Shown here piece after piece: positions 17,001 to 24,374 of a stretch of 64,000 nucleotides of DNA (its first letter is position 1; every line of letters begins with the position of its first letter). The translations under genes were made by a program, and so were the position numbers. Source of the stretch: Candidatus Woesearchaeota archaeon (GTDB lineage: Archaea; Nanobdellota; Nanobdellia; Woesearchaeales; UBA9642). The notes beneath the pieces were generated by a model that did no database searches, had not been told where the DNA came from, and saw only the letters and a program-made list of their open reading frames with translations. The stretch lies in assembly GCA_003599145.1 (NCBI GenBank), contig QZIT01000005.1, forward strand, positions 320,330 to 384,329, in the 5' to 3' direction.

Positions 17001-19777
17001 GAATAAATTTAATTGAACCTGCAAACGGCATAACCACAACCAATCAAAATGTACAATTGAATTGCAGTGCAACAGGAAACAACCTGCAATCTATAACCCT
17101 CTACACCAACGCATCAGGATGGACAGCAAAAGCAACCAATGCTTACACCGTACCAGGAACAAAAACAACCTTTGCACAAACATTAACGCCAGGAACCTAT
17201 GCATGGAATTGTCAAGTAAATGACAGCTTTAACAATAGCAAGTTCAATGAAACCAACAAAACAGTAACCATACAAACCGCAACGCATTTGGAATGCAGAA
17301 ATAACGCTTGCGTTTCTGTAGCAGGAATAGGAACAAATCAATGCAGTATTGATGCAAATTGCCAGAGTTTATTCGGAGTTAACCTTATAAGCCCTGCAAC
17401 AGGATACACCACGACAAATTCTTCTGTAGAAATAACCTGCAGCGCAACAGGAAACGATACCTTAAGCCTCTACACCAACAGAACAGGAACATGGCAAGAA
17501 ACATCAATCATAAAGCCATACACAGGAATACCCTATATCTTTATTCTTAGTTCTTTGACAGTTGGAAATTATGCGTGGAACTGCAGAGTAAATGATACTT
17601 CTGGAAATTTTAACTTTAACCAGACGAATAGAACATTCACTATTCAACAGGCTGCACAAACACACTTAATCTGCCAGAATAATGCTTGTGTTTCTATCAA
17701 TGGAGCAGGAACAAATGAATGTACAGTGAATGCAAATTGCACCAATTTATTCACCGTTAATCTCCTTGAACCTGCATCTGCCACCACGATTGCCCAGCAG
17801 AATACAACGCTCAACTGCAGCGCAACAGGAAACAACCTGCAAACCATGACATTATACACCAGCGCAGGAGGTTACGGGCCAAAAGCAACTGTTCCTTATA
17901 TAACATCAGGAAGCAAGGCAAGCTTCCCTCAAACGTTCACTTCCGGAAGTTATCAGTGGAATTGTCGAGTGCAAGATTTGAATAATAATACGCAATTTGC
18001 CTCTGCAAACAGAACAATAATCATCAACCTTACTCAGCCGCAATATGGAGTTTGCCAGAACAATGCGTGTGTTACCATGAATGGCAGCGGAACAGACCAG
18101 TGTTTAAGCAATCCTTCTGTTTGTGCAAGCTTTGTTCCTGTACAACTGATAAGCCCTGCGAATAATACGCAAACAGTGAATACCACCGTAATCTTGCAAT
18201 GCAACACAACGTCTGCAAACAGGCAAAACATCACGTTATATACTAATAGAACAGGAACATGGCAGAGAGAATTGACCTATGTGTTTACCGGAACAGAAAC
18301 GCCTTCATTTACGATTAATGCTGCAATTGGACGATATGCATGGAACTGCTTAGCTTATGACACTAATAGAAATTATGGATGGAGTGTGAATAGAACATTT
18401 GAAGTAATCAATAATCCTGTTCAGTTATTTATTAAGGACACGTCTGAAAATGAAACTATTTACACAAATACCAACATCACGTTTTATGCAAATTACACCA
18501 ACGGAACAACACCTATTACAGGAGCAGCATGCAACGTTAACGTGCTCTCAACAAATTATGCAATGGTGTATAGTGCAACACTAAGGCAATATGCGTATTC
18601 AAGAATTATCAATCAGCCAGGAGACCATGATTATAATATAACCTGTTCTTTGTCAGGCTATCCAACAAGGAGCGTTGTAAAGACAGCAACCATTATGACT
18701 ATCTGCGGAGATAGCTCTTGCAGCCAAGGCGAAACCTGCAGTTCTTGCTCTGCTGACTGCGGCCAGTGCAACGACGATAATGATGCTGGAGGAGGTGGCG
18801 GCGGTGGAGGAGGCGGTGCTGGAGCTCCAAAGATAAGAACGCTGGAATTAAACATCACCAATGCAGATATAGAAAAAATAGTCATTGTCTATAATGCATC
18901 AACCTTATTAAAAGTGAACGTTACTGAAAGGAATACTAATCCCTACAGTTCATTCGAAGGCATTGTCTATAAATATTTCAATATAACACCTAGCTTTACC
19001 AACGGCATCATCAATACAAGCATTTTCTTCAGAGTCAGAAACAGCTGGATAACCCAAAACAACATCAACGATGCAACGGTAAAAATGAAAAAGTACAATG
19101 CAAGCTGGATTACTTTGACAACACAAAAATTAAGTTCAGATAACAGCTATACGCATTACAAGGCAGTTACCAACAAATTCAGCATTTTTGCAATGTATGG
19201 ATTTGCAAACCAGAATGATACCGTAGCTCCCCCTCAAACACATTTAGCCTGTGTAGGCAATGCATGCATTTCAGTTTCAGGTTCTGGACAAAACCAATGC
19301 GCAACCAATGCAGATTGCGTTCCATTGCCACCACCTCAAAATGAAACACCAGGCCAAAATTTTACTGAACCTCCAGGAGAATCCTGGTTCATAGACAATA
19401 TTTTGTGGATCGTTATTGGATTTATTGTTTTAGCAGGTATTGGCATTGCGGGATTTTTCTTTATGAAGCCTCATGAAGAAGTTGACCCTGGAAAAATAGA
19501 ATCATTGCGGTCTTATGTTTACTCATGCAGAGCTCAGGGATACAGCAATGAGGAAATTGAAAAAAGATTAGTTAACAGCGGATGGGATAAAAAAACAGTA
19601 AAGCAGATTATTCCGAAAACATCAGTAAGCGAGAAATCAATCCCTGCAGAAAAACTGGAAGAAATCAGGGAGTTTATCAACACCAGCAAAAAACAGGGAT
19701 ACAATAAAAAACAAATTAAAGAAATGCTTTCAAGCCAAGGATGGGCAAAGAAAGATATTGATGATATTGTAAAGTGA
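14051..19777 (+). CDS. giant cell-surface protein: N-terminal signal anchor, LamG/concanavalin-like domain, ~5-8 tandem Ig-like modules separated by Cys-knot linkers, poly-Gly linker, C-terminal TM anchor and cytoplasmic tail
   Basis: The N-terminal hydrophobic segment is RIGLVAVFFIILGSMIIHLA. 'FTIEAWVRP...NWDHVAASY...LAVYVNGN' matches the LamG jelly-roll pattern. 'C.NNACV.VNG.GTN(Q/E)C..DANCQ' recurs at about nt 16536, 16915, 17293, 17670 and 18050, with a variant at 19245. Dozens of N-x-S/T sequons are present. Gly codons run at 18787-18830. The TM helix is WIVIGFIVLAGIGIAGFFF at ~19410-19470. The tail repeats the motif QGY(S/N)..(I/Q)(E/I)K.L...GW.KK.(V/I) twice. Confidence 0.8.
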   Translation: MGRVKRHHFLRIGLVAVFFIILGSMIIHLADQPRVGRPIGYAPTSFNYFFPLTEGTGLTITDTTTSLTGYLETSIERDRTPDWTKINPTEYALNFSYDSSGLGSVSRWVRIPYQSNLEPQTFTIEAWVRPEVNNGQAQYIIVKDGTSATDQNTGYRLWYQHPNYCFQVKKSSAWSAVQCNSGSGLNNWDHVAASYQQSSGTLAVYVNGNSLSSVTGAGAIQYSQGDLFIGSPGRETNPQYNFQGLIADVVITNSVSTSSNPFNLKPNIVTTGNSPSGLTPDAIFTCAFDSNIPGSIELHTDRTGSMQKEKSFDYTQVDYASLPNNGQVSFTLTNLNQGTYQWNCIAYDLNGNSYQGTQKSVSMQLARDLITTPKNPDDKEIFETTLSSLPTAFQCEVTSTQIKQVELWHSNGGWSRKGLNTTFPPGVMYNIVPTISQSTYANYLLSGFEANKAADGNDATLWDSGTRTISNNGMIWEINLTQPYTINRSVIKWSGHSSFSAGSCGSNTAQFMFLNGVNTRSQFDVNYAVGDIITDVAVNKQGINHIVIFQGTGTSCQFRGTIKEVELYSQDFTTGGEVNNWLINFSYSQPEGTHTWTCNGLTISDARPVITENRTVIVSRIPSVTLGNVYAGATLISGPSYQTYQRNLRFECSATGSNFLRNMTLYTDTGGTFTAREKKTYSGGTASFTLSDLNPGSYQWNCLAENAFGTTAFSSADKTITILQPTIVARFDNPVDGFTTTDNNVTLQCNGTGHAQSPLVNMTFYVKNTTGNWTANKFPYTSGRFLYNLTGLQTGSYEWYCEVQNSFGDSNRTATNRTFNIQTQPQYTICQNNACVTVNGIGTNQCSADANCQSLFGVNLISPTDGYTSYLANANFQMNCSATGNTNDSLSLYTNLTGTWQETQTKQYTSGIATFNLTSVPVGVYVWNCRVNDTNGNYKFNETNKTFAVQTPMHLECRNNACVSVNGEGTNQCNTDANCQNIMGINLIEPANGITTTNQNVQLNCSATGNNLQSITLYTNASGWTAKATNAYTVPGTKTTFAQTLTPGTYAWNCQVNDSFNNSKFNETNKTVTIQTATHLECRNNACVSVAGIGTNQCSIDANCQSLFGVNLISPATGYTTTNSSVEITCSATGNDTLSLYTNRTGTWQETSIIKPYTGIPYIFILSSLTVGNYAWNCRVNDTSGNFNFNQTNRTFTIQQAAQTHLICQNNACVSINGAGTNECTVNANCTNLFTVNLLEPASATTIAQQNTTLNCSATGNNLQTMTLYTSAGGYGPKATVPYITSGSKASFPQTFTSGSYQWNCRVQDLNNNTQFASANRTIIINLTQPQYGVCQNNACVTMNGSGTDQCLSNPSVCASFVPVQLISPANNTQTVNTTVILQCNTTSANRQNITLYTNRTGTWQRELTYVFTGTETPSFTINAAIGRYAWNCLAYDTNRNYGWSVNRTFEVINNPVQLFIKDTSENETIYTNTNITFYANYTNGTTPITGAACNVNVLSTNYAMVYSATLRQYAYSRIINQPGDHDYNITCSLSGYPTRSVVKTATIMTICGDSSCSQGETCSSCSADCGQCNDDNDAGGGGGGGGGGAGAPKIRTLELNITNADIEKIVIVYNASTLLKVNVTERNTNPYSSFEGIVYKYFNITPSFTNGIINTSIFFRVRNSWITQNNINDATVKMKKYNASWITLTTQKLSSDNSYTHYKAVTNKFSIFAMYGFANQNDTVAPPQTHLACVGNACISVSGSGQNQCATNADCVPLPPPQNETPGQNFTEPPGESWFIDNILWIVIGFIVLAGIGIAGFFFMKPHEEVDPGKIESLRSYVYSCRAQGYSNEEIEKRLVNSGWDKKTVKQIIPKTSVSEKSIPAEKLEEIREFINTSKKQGYNKKQIKEMLSSQGWAKKDIDDIVK
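16536..18430 (+). repeat. intragenic tandem repeat of ~378 nt (~126 aa), about five copies, inside the surface-protein gene
   Basis: The Cys-knot motif recurs every ~378-380 nt. A 44-nt segment gatgcaaattgccagagtttattcggagttaaccttataagccc is identical at ~16596-16639 and ~17351-17394. Confidence 0.7.
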
Positions 19778-19795
19778 TTTTGCAGTTTTTTATTC

Positions 19796-20626
19796 TTAAC
19801 CATACATATCTCTATACCATCTTTTTCTTATCTCCTCTGGTTTCAGGAAATCCTCTTTTTCAAAATCAGGATTTGGTTTTAGTATAGTTACTTCAACACA
19901 AGCAGGCTTCTTATCTAGCATATATGGCATTGACTGATCAACTATTTCTTTCGGAGTTAAGAGATATTGTTTGGAAATGTAAGGGCGTTCTCCAGAGAGT
20001 TGCCTGCCTTCTGTTGTGCTAACGTTGATAAATAATGAGCCAACTCTTCCATAGGTTGAGGGATTTCCATACATTGCTCTAAAGTCTCTTCTCAACTCAT
20101 TTTTCGAGTGCGTGAAAGAGTGCCAATAAGGAATAGCATATAAATCGCTTGCAGACCCTATTGCCACGAGCTTCAACGTTGTTGTTGGGCAGGCTAATAA
20201 ATCATTAAAAAGATAAGGTATCACGTTCCTGAACGTTTCTACATTTGTTCTAAAAATATCGTCATCAATTCCATCGCCATTCCTATCCTTAATAGGGTGA
20301 TTTTCGTCTTGAAATTGAAATCTTCCTGGAAGATGAATATAGGTCATATCTTTAAAAGGGCCTAACTGAGAAAACATCTCTTGGACAAGTTTGGGCTGTA
20401 ATAGATCGCAGGCGATATGCTCATAGATAATGCCATCCAAGCGGTCTTTTTTTCGTGAAATACCGAAGACTTTTCCATAATCCTGCAACCTCGTAGCAAA
20501 CTCGCGTCCTATATCTCCATTGATACCCGCTATAACAAAAGCTTTTTCAGCCTTATCTTCTGTTTCCTCATTCAATGTTATCATGTATAAGTAGTTAACA
20601 TAATGGGCAATAAATGTTTGGTTCAA
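19796..20626 (-). CDS. hypothetical protein with N-terminal Rossmann-like dinucleotide-binding motif
   Basis: 'FVIAGINGDIGREFATRL' is a G.G..G-type motif. The rest is unassigned and no classical SDR Y...K motif is present. Confidence 0.35.
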   Translation of the reverse strand: MNQTFIAHYVNYLYMITLNEETEDKAEKAFVIAGINGDIGREFATRLQDYGKVFGISRKKDRLDGIIYEHIACDLLQPKLVQEMFSQLGPFKDMTYIHLPGRFQFQDENHPIKDRNGDGIDDDIFRTNVETFRNVIPYLFNDLLACPTTTLKLVAIGSASDLYAIPYWHSFTHSKNELRRDFRAMYGNPSTYGRVGSLFINVSTTEGRQLSGERPYISKQYLLTPKEIVDQSMPYMLDKKPACVEVTILKPNPDFEKEDFLKPEEIRKRWYRDMYG

Positions 20627-20675
20627 TAATTATTAAACCAAAAAGTTTAAAAATAAGAGTAATCTAAAAAGTTCA

Positions 20676-21527
20676 ATGGCATTGCAAATAACCTTGCCGT
20701 TTGGCAAAAAGGATAACGTAAAGAATCTGGTATTCAGCATTCTTATCAAAGAGTATCCCCTTAAAATCATCGAGCTCACGAACTTCATCAGGAAACGCTA
20801 TGGAAAATCAGTAACGTTTCAGGCAGTACGAAAGGCAATTTTGCAGTTGGTGGAAGAGGGCGTTTTGATACAGCAAAAACACGCATTTCTCATCAACAAG
20901 TCTTGGGTTGTGGAAAGTAAAAAAACGCTTGAAGAAATCCATACAGAGCTTACCAGAGAAAAAACAATACCTAAAAAGATGCAGTCTATAGAAGGCGAAG
21001 TCTCCGTCTTTACCTTTGAATCGCTCAACCAGATGATGAAATTCTGGCAGGACTTGATTGATGACTGGTTTAGGAAATTTGATAAGAAAGACTACAACAT
21101 GAATTGCTATCAAGCTGCGCATGCATGGGAAGGATTATTGCATTTAGACAGGGAAAAAACGCTTATGGGACAGCTGAAAAAGAAAGGCATACGTTCTTTT
21201 ATCCTAAGTACGGGAAACACTCCACTTGACAGGAACATCAGAAAGTTCTATCAGGGCATTGGCGTCAACATGCAGATACAGCACTCATCGTCGTCTTTTG
21301 ACAGAAGCTATTATGTAGGCACCTATGGAGACTTGATAGTGCAAACGCAGTATCCTGAACAGCTCGTTTCTGCATTGGAAACGTTTTTTAAGAAAAACCA
21401 AAGCATAGAAGATTTAGATTTAAAGGCATTGTCTGATATTGTCAACAAAAAAATAAAGATTAAATTAACGGTTATTAAGAATCTAGCCATGGCAAAGCAG
21501 ATAAACCAATCAATTCTTATGCAATAG
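20676..21527 (+). CDS. hypothetical protein, possible N-terminal winged-helix domain
   Basis: The ORF has coding-like composition. It overlaps ribL convergently by 18 nt. Confidence 0.4.
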   Translation: MALQITLPFGKKDNVKNLVFSILIKEYPLKIIELTNFIRKRYGKSVTFQAVRKAILQLVEEGVLIQQKHAFLINKSWVVESKKTLEEIHTELTREKTIPKKMQSIEGEVSVFTFESLNQMMKFWQDLIDDWFRKFDKKDYNMNCYQAAHAWEGLLHLDREKTLMGQLKKKGIRSFILSTGNTPLDRNIRKFYQGIGVNMQIQHSSSSFDRSYYVGTYGDLIVQTQYPEQLVSALETFFKKNQSIEDLDLKALSDIVNKKIKIKLTVIKNLAMAKQINQSILMQ

Positions 21528-21929
21528 CTGTTGTTTCAGGATAGAACTCTTATAGATATGCTCTTGAAAAGGCTTCAGTCTTATTATTTTTGGATGCAGA
21601 TTTCTCTTCGTAAGTTCCTGTTCTAACCTATCTACAAAAGCCCTTTGGTCATAGCCGAGGGCAATAATGTCTGGTTTTTCCTGTTCTATGATAGCATATT
21701 TGTCTCCTGCGTTGCCTAAGATGCTTTTGTCAACAGCACGGTTATGCTGAACATTTTTCCTGCGCTGTTCCTGATTATCTCTTGGCAACTGGCCCTTTAC
21801 TTTTAAAACAGTTTCATCAAGAGCTATCACTACAATAAGCATGTCTCCGAGCTTTTTTGCCTCTCTCAGAAAATAGGAATGACCAGGATGCAAAACATCA
21901 AATGTTCCGAATGCCATTACTTTGACCAT
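21510..21929 (-). CDS. ribL: FAD synthase (FMN adenylyltransferase), archaeal RibL type
   Basis: The cytidylyltransferase-fold signature 'FGTFDVLHPGH' (HxGH) is present. Length of ~140 aa and overall similarity fit archaeal RibL, e.g. '...LGDMLIVVIALDETV.KVKG..P...QEQR...V..... VDK.ILG'. Confidence 0.8.
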   Translation of the reverse strand: MVKVMAFGTFDVLHPGHSYFLREAKKLGDMLIVVIALDETVLKVKGQLPRDNQEQRRKNVQHNRAVDKSILGNAGDKYAIIEQEKPDIIALGYDQRAFVDRLEQELTKRNLHPKIIRLKPFQEHIYKSSILKQQLLHKN

Positions 21930-21972
21930 GAACTAAGAAAAAGACGGTGGTTTTTAAAAGTTTTCTAAAAAA

Positions 21973-22047
21973 TAGCGGGGGAAGGATTTGAACCTCCGAC
22001 CTGTGGGTTATGAGCCCACCGAGCACTCCTGGCTGCTCCACCCCGCT
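21973..22047 (-). tRNA. tRNA-Met, initiator type (anticodon CAU; A1:U72 acceptor pair, three G:C pairs in anticodon stem)
   Basis: The reverse complement reads AGCGGGGUGGAGCAGCCAGGAGUGCUCGGUGGGCUCAUAACCCACAGGUCGGAGGUUCAAAUCCUUCCCCCGCUA. The acceptor stem is 7 bp. The anticodon loop is CUCAUAA. The T-arm is GGUUCAAAUCC. CCA is not encoded. Confidence 0.8.
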
Positions 22048-22065
22048 AAACTAAAGAAACCACAG

Positions 22066-22078
22066 TTTATTTAAAAAG
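22066..22078 (-). promoter_or_regulatory. putative archaeal TATA box for tRNA-iMet (centre ~-25 from the tRNA 5' end)
   Basis: On the minus strand the sequence reads ctttttaaataaa. Confidence 0.3.
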
Positions 22079-22096
22079 CTATTGCAAAAACACAAC

Positions 22097-22105
22097 ATAT
22101 AAAAA
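22097..22105 (+). promoter_or_regulatory. putative archaeal TATA box for tRNA-Ser (centre ~-30)
   Basis: atataaaaa lies upstream of the tRNA 5' end at 22131. Confidence 0.3.
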
Positions 22106-22130
22106 CGGCTCTAAAGTTCTTTATAGCAAT

Positions 22131-22229
22131 GCCGCGGTGGCACAACCTGGTACTGCGCAGGATTGCTACGTGCAAACACAAAGATCCTGTTTCCGCAAGG
22201 ATATCTGAGTTCAAATCTCAGCCGCGGCG
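22131..22229 (+). tRNA. tRNA-Ser (anticodon GCU), type II with long variable arm, containing a 15-nt intron at position 37/38 (about 22169-22183)
   Basis: The acceptor GCCGCGG pairs with CCGCGGC, followed by discriminator G. The anticodon stem CAGGA pairs with UCCUG. The loop is UUGCUA, then intron CGUGCAAACACAAAG, then A. The variable arm is UUUCCGCAAGGAUAU. The T-arm is CUGAG-UUCAAAU-CUCAG. Confidence 0.7.
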
Positions 22230-22283
22230 TTTTTATGCTAACGCAATGATAAAAAATTTAAAGCAGATGCGCTTGTCATATTC

Positions 22284-22922
22284 GTGAAAAAGATATATTT
22301 CATTCCTCTAGCTCTTATTGTGCTTTCAATACTTGGAAGCGTTTATTTGTATCCTGTAATGCCTCCTCAAATGGCTTCACACTGGAATAGCCAAGGAGAA
22401 GTCAATGGATATATGTCAAAGTTTTGGGGTCTTTTCTTTCTGCCATTGATTTCCATCGCACTTTTTGCAATTTTTTATTTCATACCTTTGATGGACCCGA
22501 AAAGAAAAAATATAGAGCAATTCAGAGTTTACTTTGACTGGTTCATTGTTCTTTTTATTTTTTTCCTCACGTATATTCACGTATTATCGCTCTACTGGAA
22601 CTTAGGGCATCAATTTAATATGACATTGCAAATCATTCCAGGAATAGCTCTGCTTTTTTATTATATAGGCATCATGTTGCGTCATACAAAGCAGAATTGG
22701 TTTATCGGCATCAGAACACCCTGGACATTAAACAGTGAAACGATATGGAATAAAACTCATGCCATAGGAGGAAAACTGTTTAAGGCATCTGCAATAATCT
22801 GTCTCTTAGGATTGATTTTTCAGAAGTATGCAATCTTCTTTATGCTCATTCCCGTGCTGATATCTGCAATAATCACCATCCTATATTCTTTTATACTTTA
22901 TAAGAAGCAGGGGAAAAAGTAG
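22284..22922 (+). CDS. SdpI/DUF1648-like integral membrane protein (GTG start)
   Basis: An N-terminal TM segment is followed by 'HWNSQGEVNGYMSK', typical of the DUF1648/SdpI family. Further TM segments follow. Confidence 0.5.
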   Translation: MKKIYFIPLALIVLSILGSVYLYPVMPPQMASHWNSQGEVNGYMSKFWGLFFLPLISIALFAIFYFIPLMDPKRKNIEQFRVYFDWFIVLFIFFLTYIHVLSLYWNLGHQFNMTLQIIPGIALLFYYIGIMLRHTKQNWFIGIRTPWTLNSETIWNKTHAIGGKLFKASAIICLLGLIFQKYAIFFMLIPVLISAIITILYSFILYKKQGKK

Positions 22923-22930
22923 TGCTCAAA

Positions 22931-23914
22931 TTATTCTAACGCAAGCTGTCCTACTTTTGGTTCGTCATAGAAAATAACCGTGCTGTAATTCTTTATGATA
23001 TTTCCAAATTCTTTTTTCAAAGCCTTGAGCAGTTTATGAAAATCTTCATGGGAGCTTTCCATCATTTCAAATTCCAGATCATACTGGCCTATGGCAATCG
23101 TGATGTAAATCGTTAAAGGATGATAGGTGAGAAACGTTATGAGTTTTTTCATGGTTTGTGTTGAAGTATCATTGAGGTTAAGCATAATTTTTCTCTGCGT
23201 GTATCCAAGCAATTTATGATTTATTTTTACCTGATAGCAGGTTATGATTTTTGCATGCTCTAATTTTTTCATTCTTCTCTGCACTGTTTTTGCTGTCGAT
23301 TTTATTTTTTTTGCAATATCCATAAGCGACAATCTACAGTCATGGGAAAGCAAGGTCAAGAGTTGTTTGTCTTCTGCATCCAAATCAGGATAATAAATTT
23401 TTCCGCCAGTTAATTGAAAGCTGTCGCTTTCTTTAGTAAGGAGATATTTTGATTTGAAATAATAGACATCAGTCATGACAGAGAAAAATTTCTGCTCTAG
23501 GTATTTTCCAAATGCATCGTTAATCTCCATGTATGTTTTCTGAAACTCGCTGATGTCTTTTGCCCAGACAACATACAAAAAATCCAAATCGCCATCCATC
23601 TGCACAACCCACGTTACGTTCTTGTTGTTTTTAAGAAACTGAATAAATTTTTGTTCTATGTCCGCCGTCATGTTGAAGGTTTTCATATACACTCTATAAA
23701 ACGTCCATCCCATGCGATAGGTATTGATAACAGCGTAATATCCCTCGATAATTCCTTTGGCTTCAAGGTTTTTAATTCTGTAATGCACTACTTCTTTTGA
23801 CACTCTTGTTTTTTTTGCTATTTCCTTTAAACTTGCTCTTGCATGCAAGCTGAGATGAAACAGAATTTCCCGGTCTTTTTTGTCAATAATGCTCATTTTT
23901 TCATAAAAAGCCAT
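22931..23914 (-). CDS. transcription regulator with two tandem Lrp/AsnC modules
   Basis: Two HTH_AsnC-like segments are present. One is ILFHLSLHARASLKEIAKKTRVSKEVVHYRIKNLEAKGII. The other is LLTLLSHDCRLSLMDIAKKIKSTAKTVQRRMKKLEHAKII. Each is followed by a RAM-like region. Confidence 0.7.
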   Translation of the reverse strand: MAFYEKMSIIDKKDREILFHLSLHARASLKEIAKKTRVSKEVVHYRIKNLEAKGIIEGYYAVINTYRMGWTFYRVYMKTFNMTADIEQKFIQFLKNNKNVTWVVQMDGDLDFLYVVWAKDISEFQKTYMEINDAFGKYLEQKFFSVMTDVYYFKSKYLLTKESDSFQLTGGKIYYPDLDAEDKQLLTLLSHDCRLSLMDIAKKIKSTAKTVQRRMKKLEHAKIITCYQVKINHKLLGYTQRKIMLNLNDTSTQTMKKLITFLTYHPLTIYITIAIGQYDLEFEMMESSHEDFHKLLKALKKEFGNIIKNYSTVIFYDEPKVGQLALE

Positions 23915-24000
23915 ATTTCTATTTAAATATTTCTTTTTTTTAAAAAAAATGATGATAAATTTAATATAGTGCCTATGCCATACTACTTCTAGGTGATAAA

Positions 24001-24360
24001 ATGACTAACATCACGACGAGAAAGCATATACTGTATACACTTACCGCATCAGCCCTAGATGCACTTCCCTACGGACAAAACTATCTAGAATTATGGAGAG
24101 GATTGCCTGATTTGCCCTTTGAACAGGCAAAATCCCGAGGAGGATATGATTCTTTAAAATATGCGCAAGATGGCAATTACATCTGGATTGCGCACACTGC
24201 AGTTGCTGCACTGTTAAAAGATCCAGAGCATATTTTAATAGCCCATCACAAAAAAAGAAAAAATGCGTTGCATGTTTGGTGGGTGGATATCTTTGACAAA
24301 CACATGCAGGAAACGCTTGAACAACTCATAGACAGGGCAATAGAAGGCTATACCACATAA
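24001..24360 (+). CDS. hypothetical protein (119 aa)
   Basis: ORF only. Confidence 0.35.
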   Translation: MTNITTRKHILYTLTASALDALPYGQNYLELWRGLPDLPFEQAKSRGGYDSLKYAQDGNYIWIAHTAVAALLKDPEHILIAHHKKRKNALHVWWVDIFDKHMQETLEQLIDRAIEGYTT

Positions 24361-24374
24361 ACCACAACCTTTTT

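Noticed and set aside
16536-18430. CRISPR array or mobile element suggested by periodic DNA repeats
   Set aside because: The ~378-nt periodicity is in-frame protein-domain repetition inside one continuous 5.7-kb ORF. There are no short direct repeats with unique spacers, and no transposase or inverted repeats anywhere in the window.
18658-18885. 75-aa minus-strand ORF encoding a run of 14 prolines
   Set aside because: It is the antisense of the (GGN)n poly-Gly tract inside the giant surface-protein gene. It lies entirely within a much longer, motif-supported plus-strand CDS.
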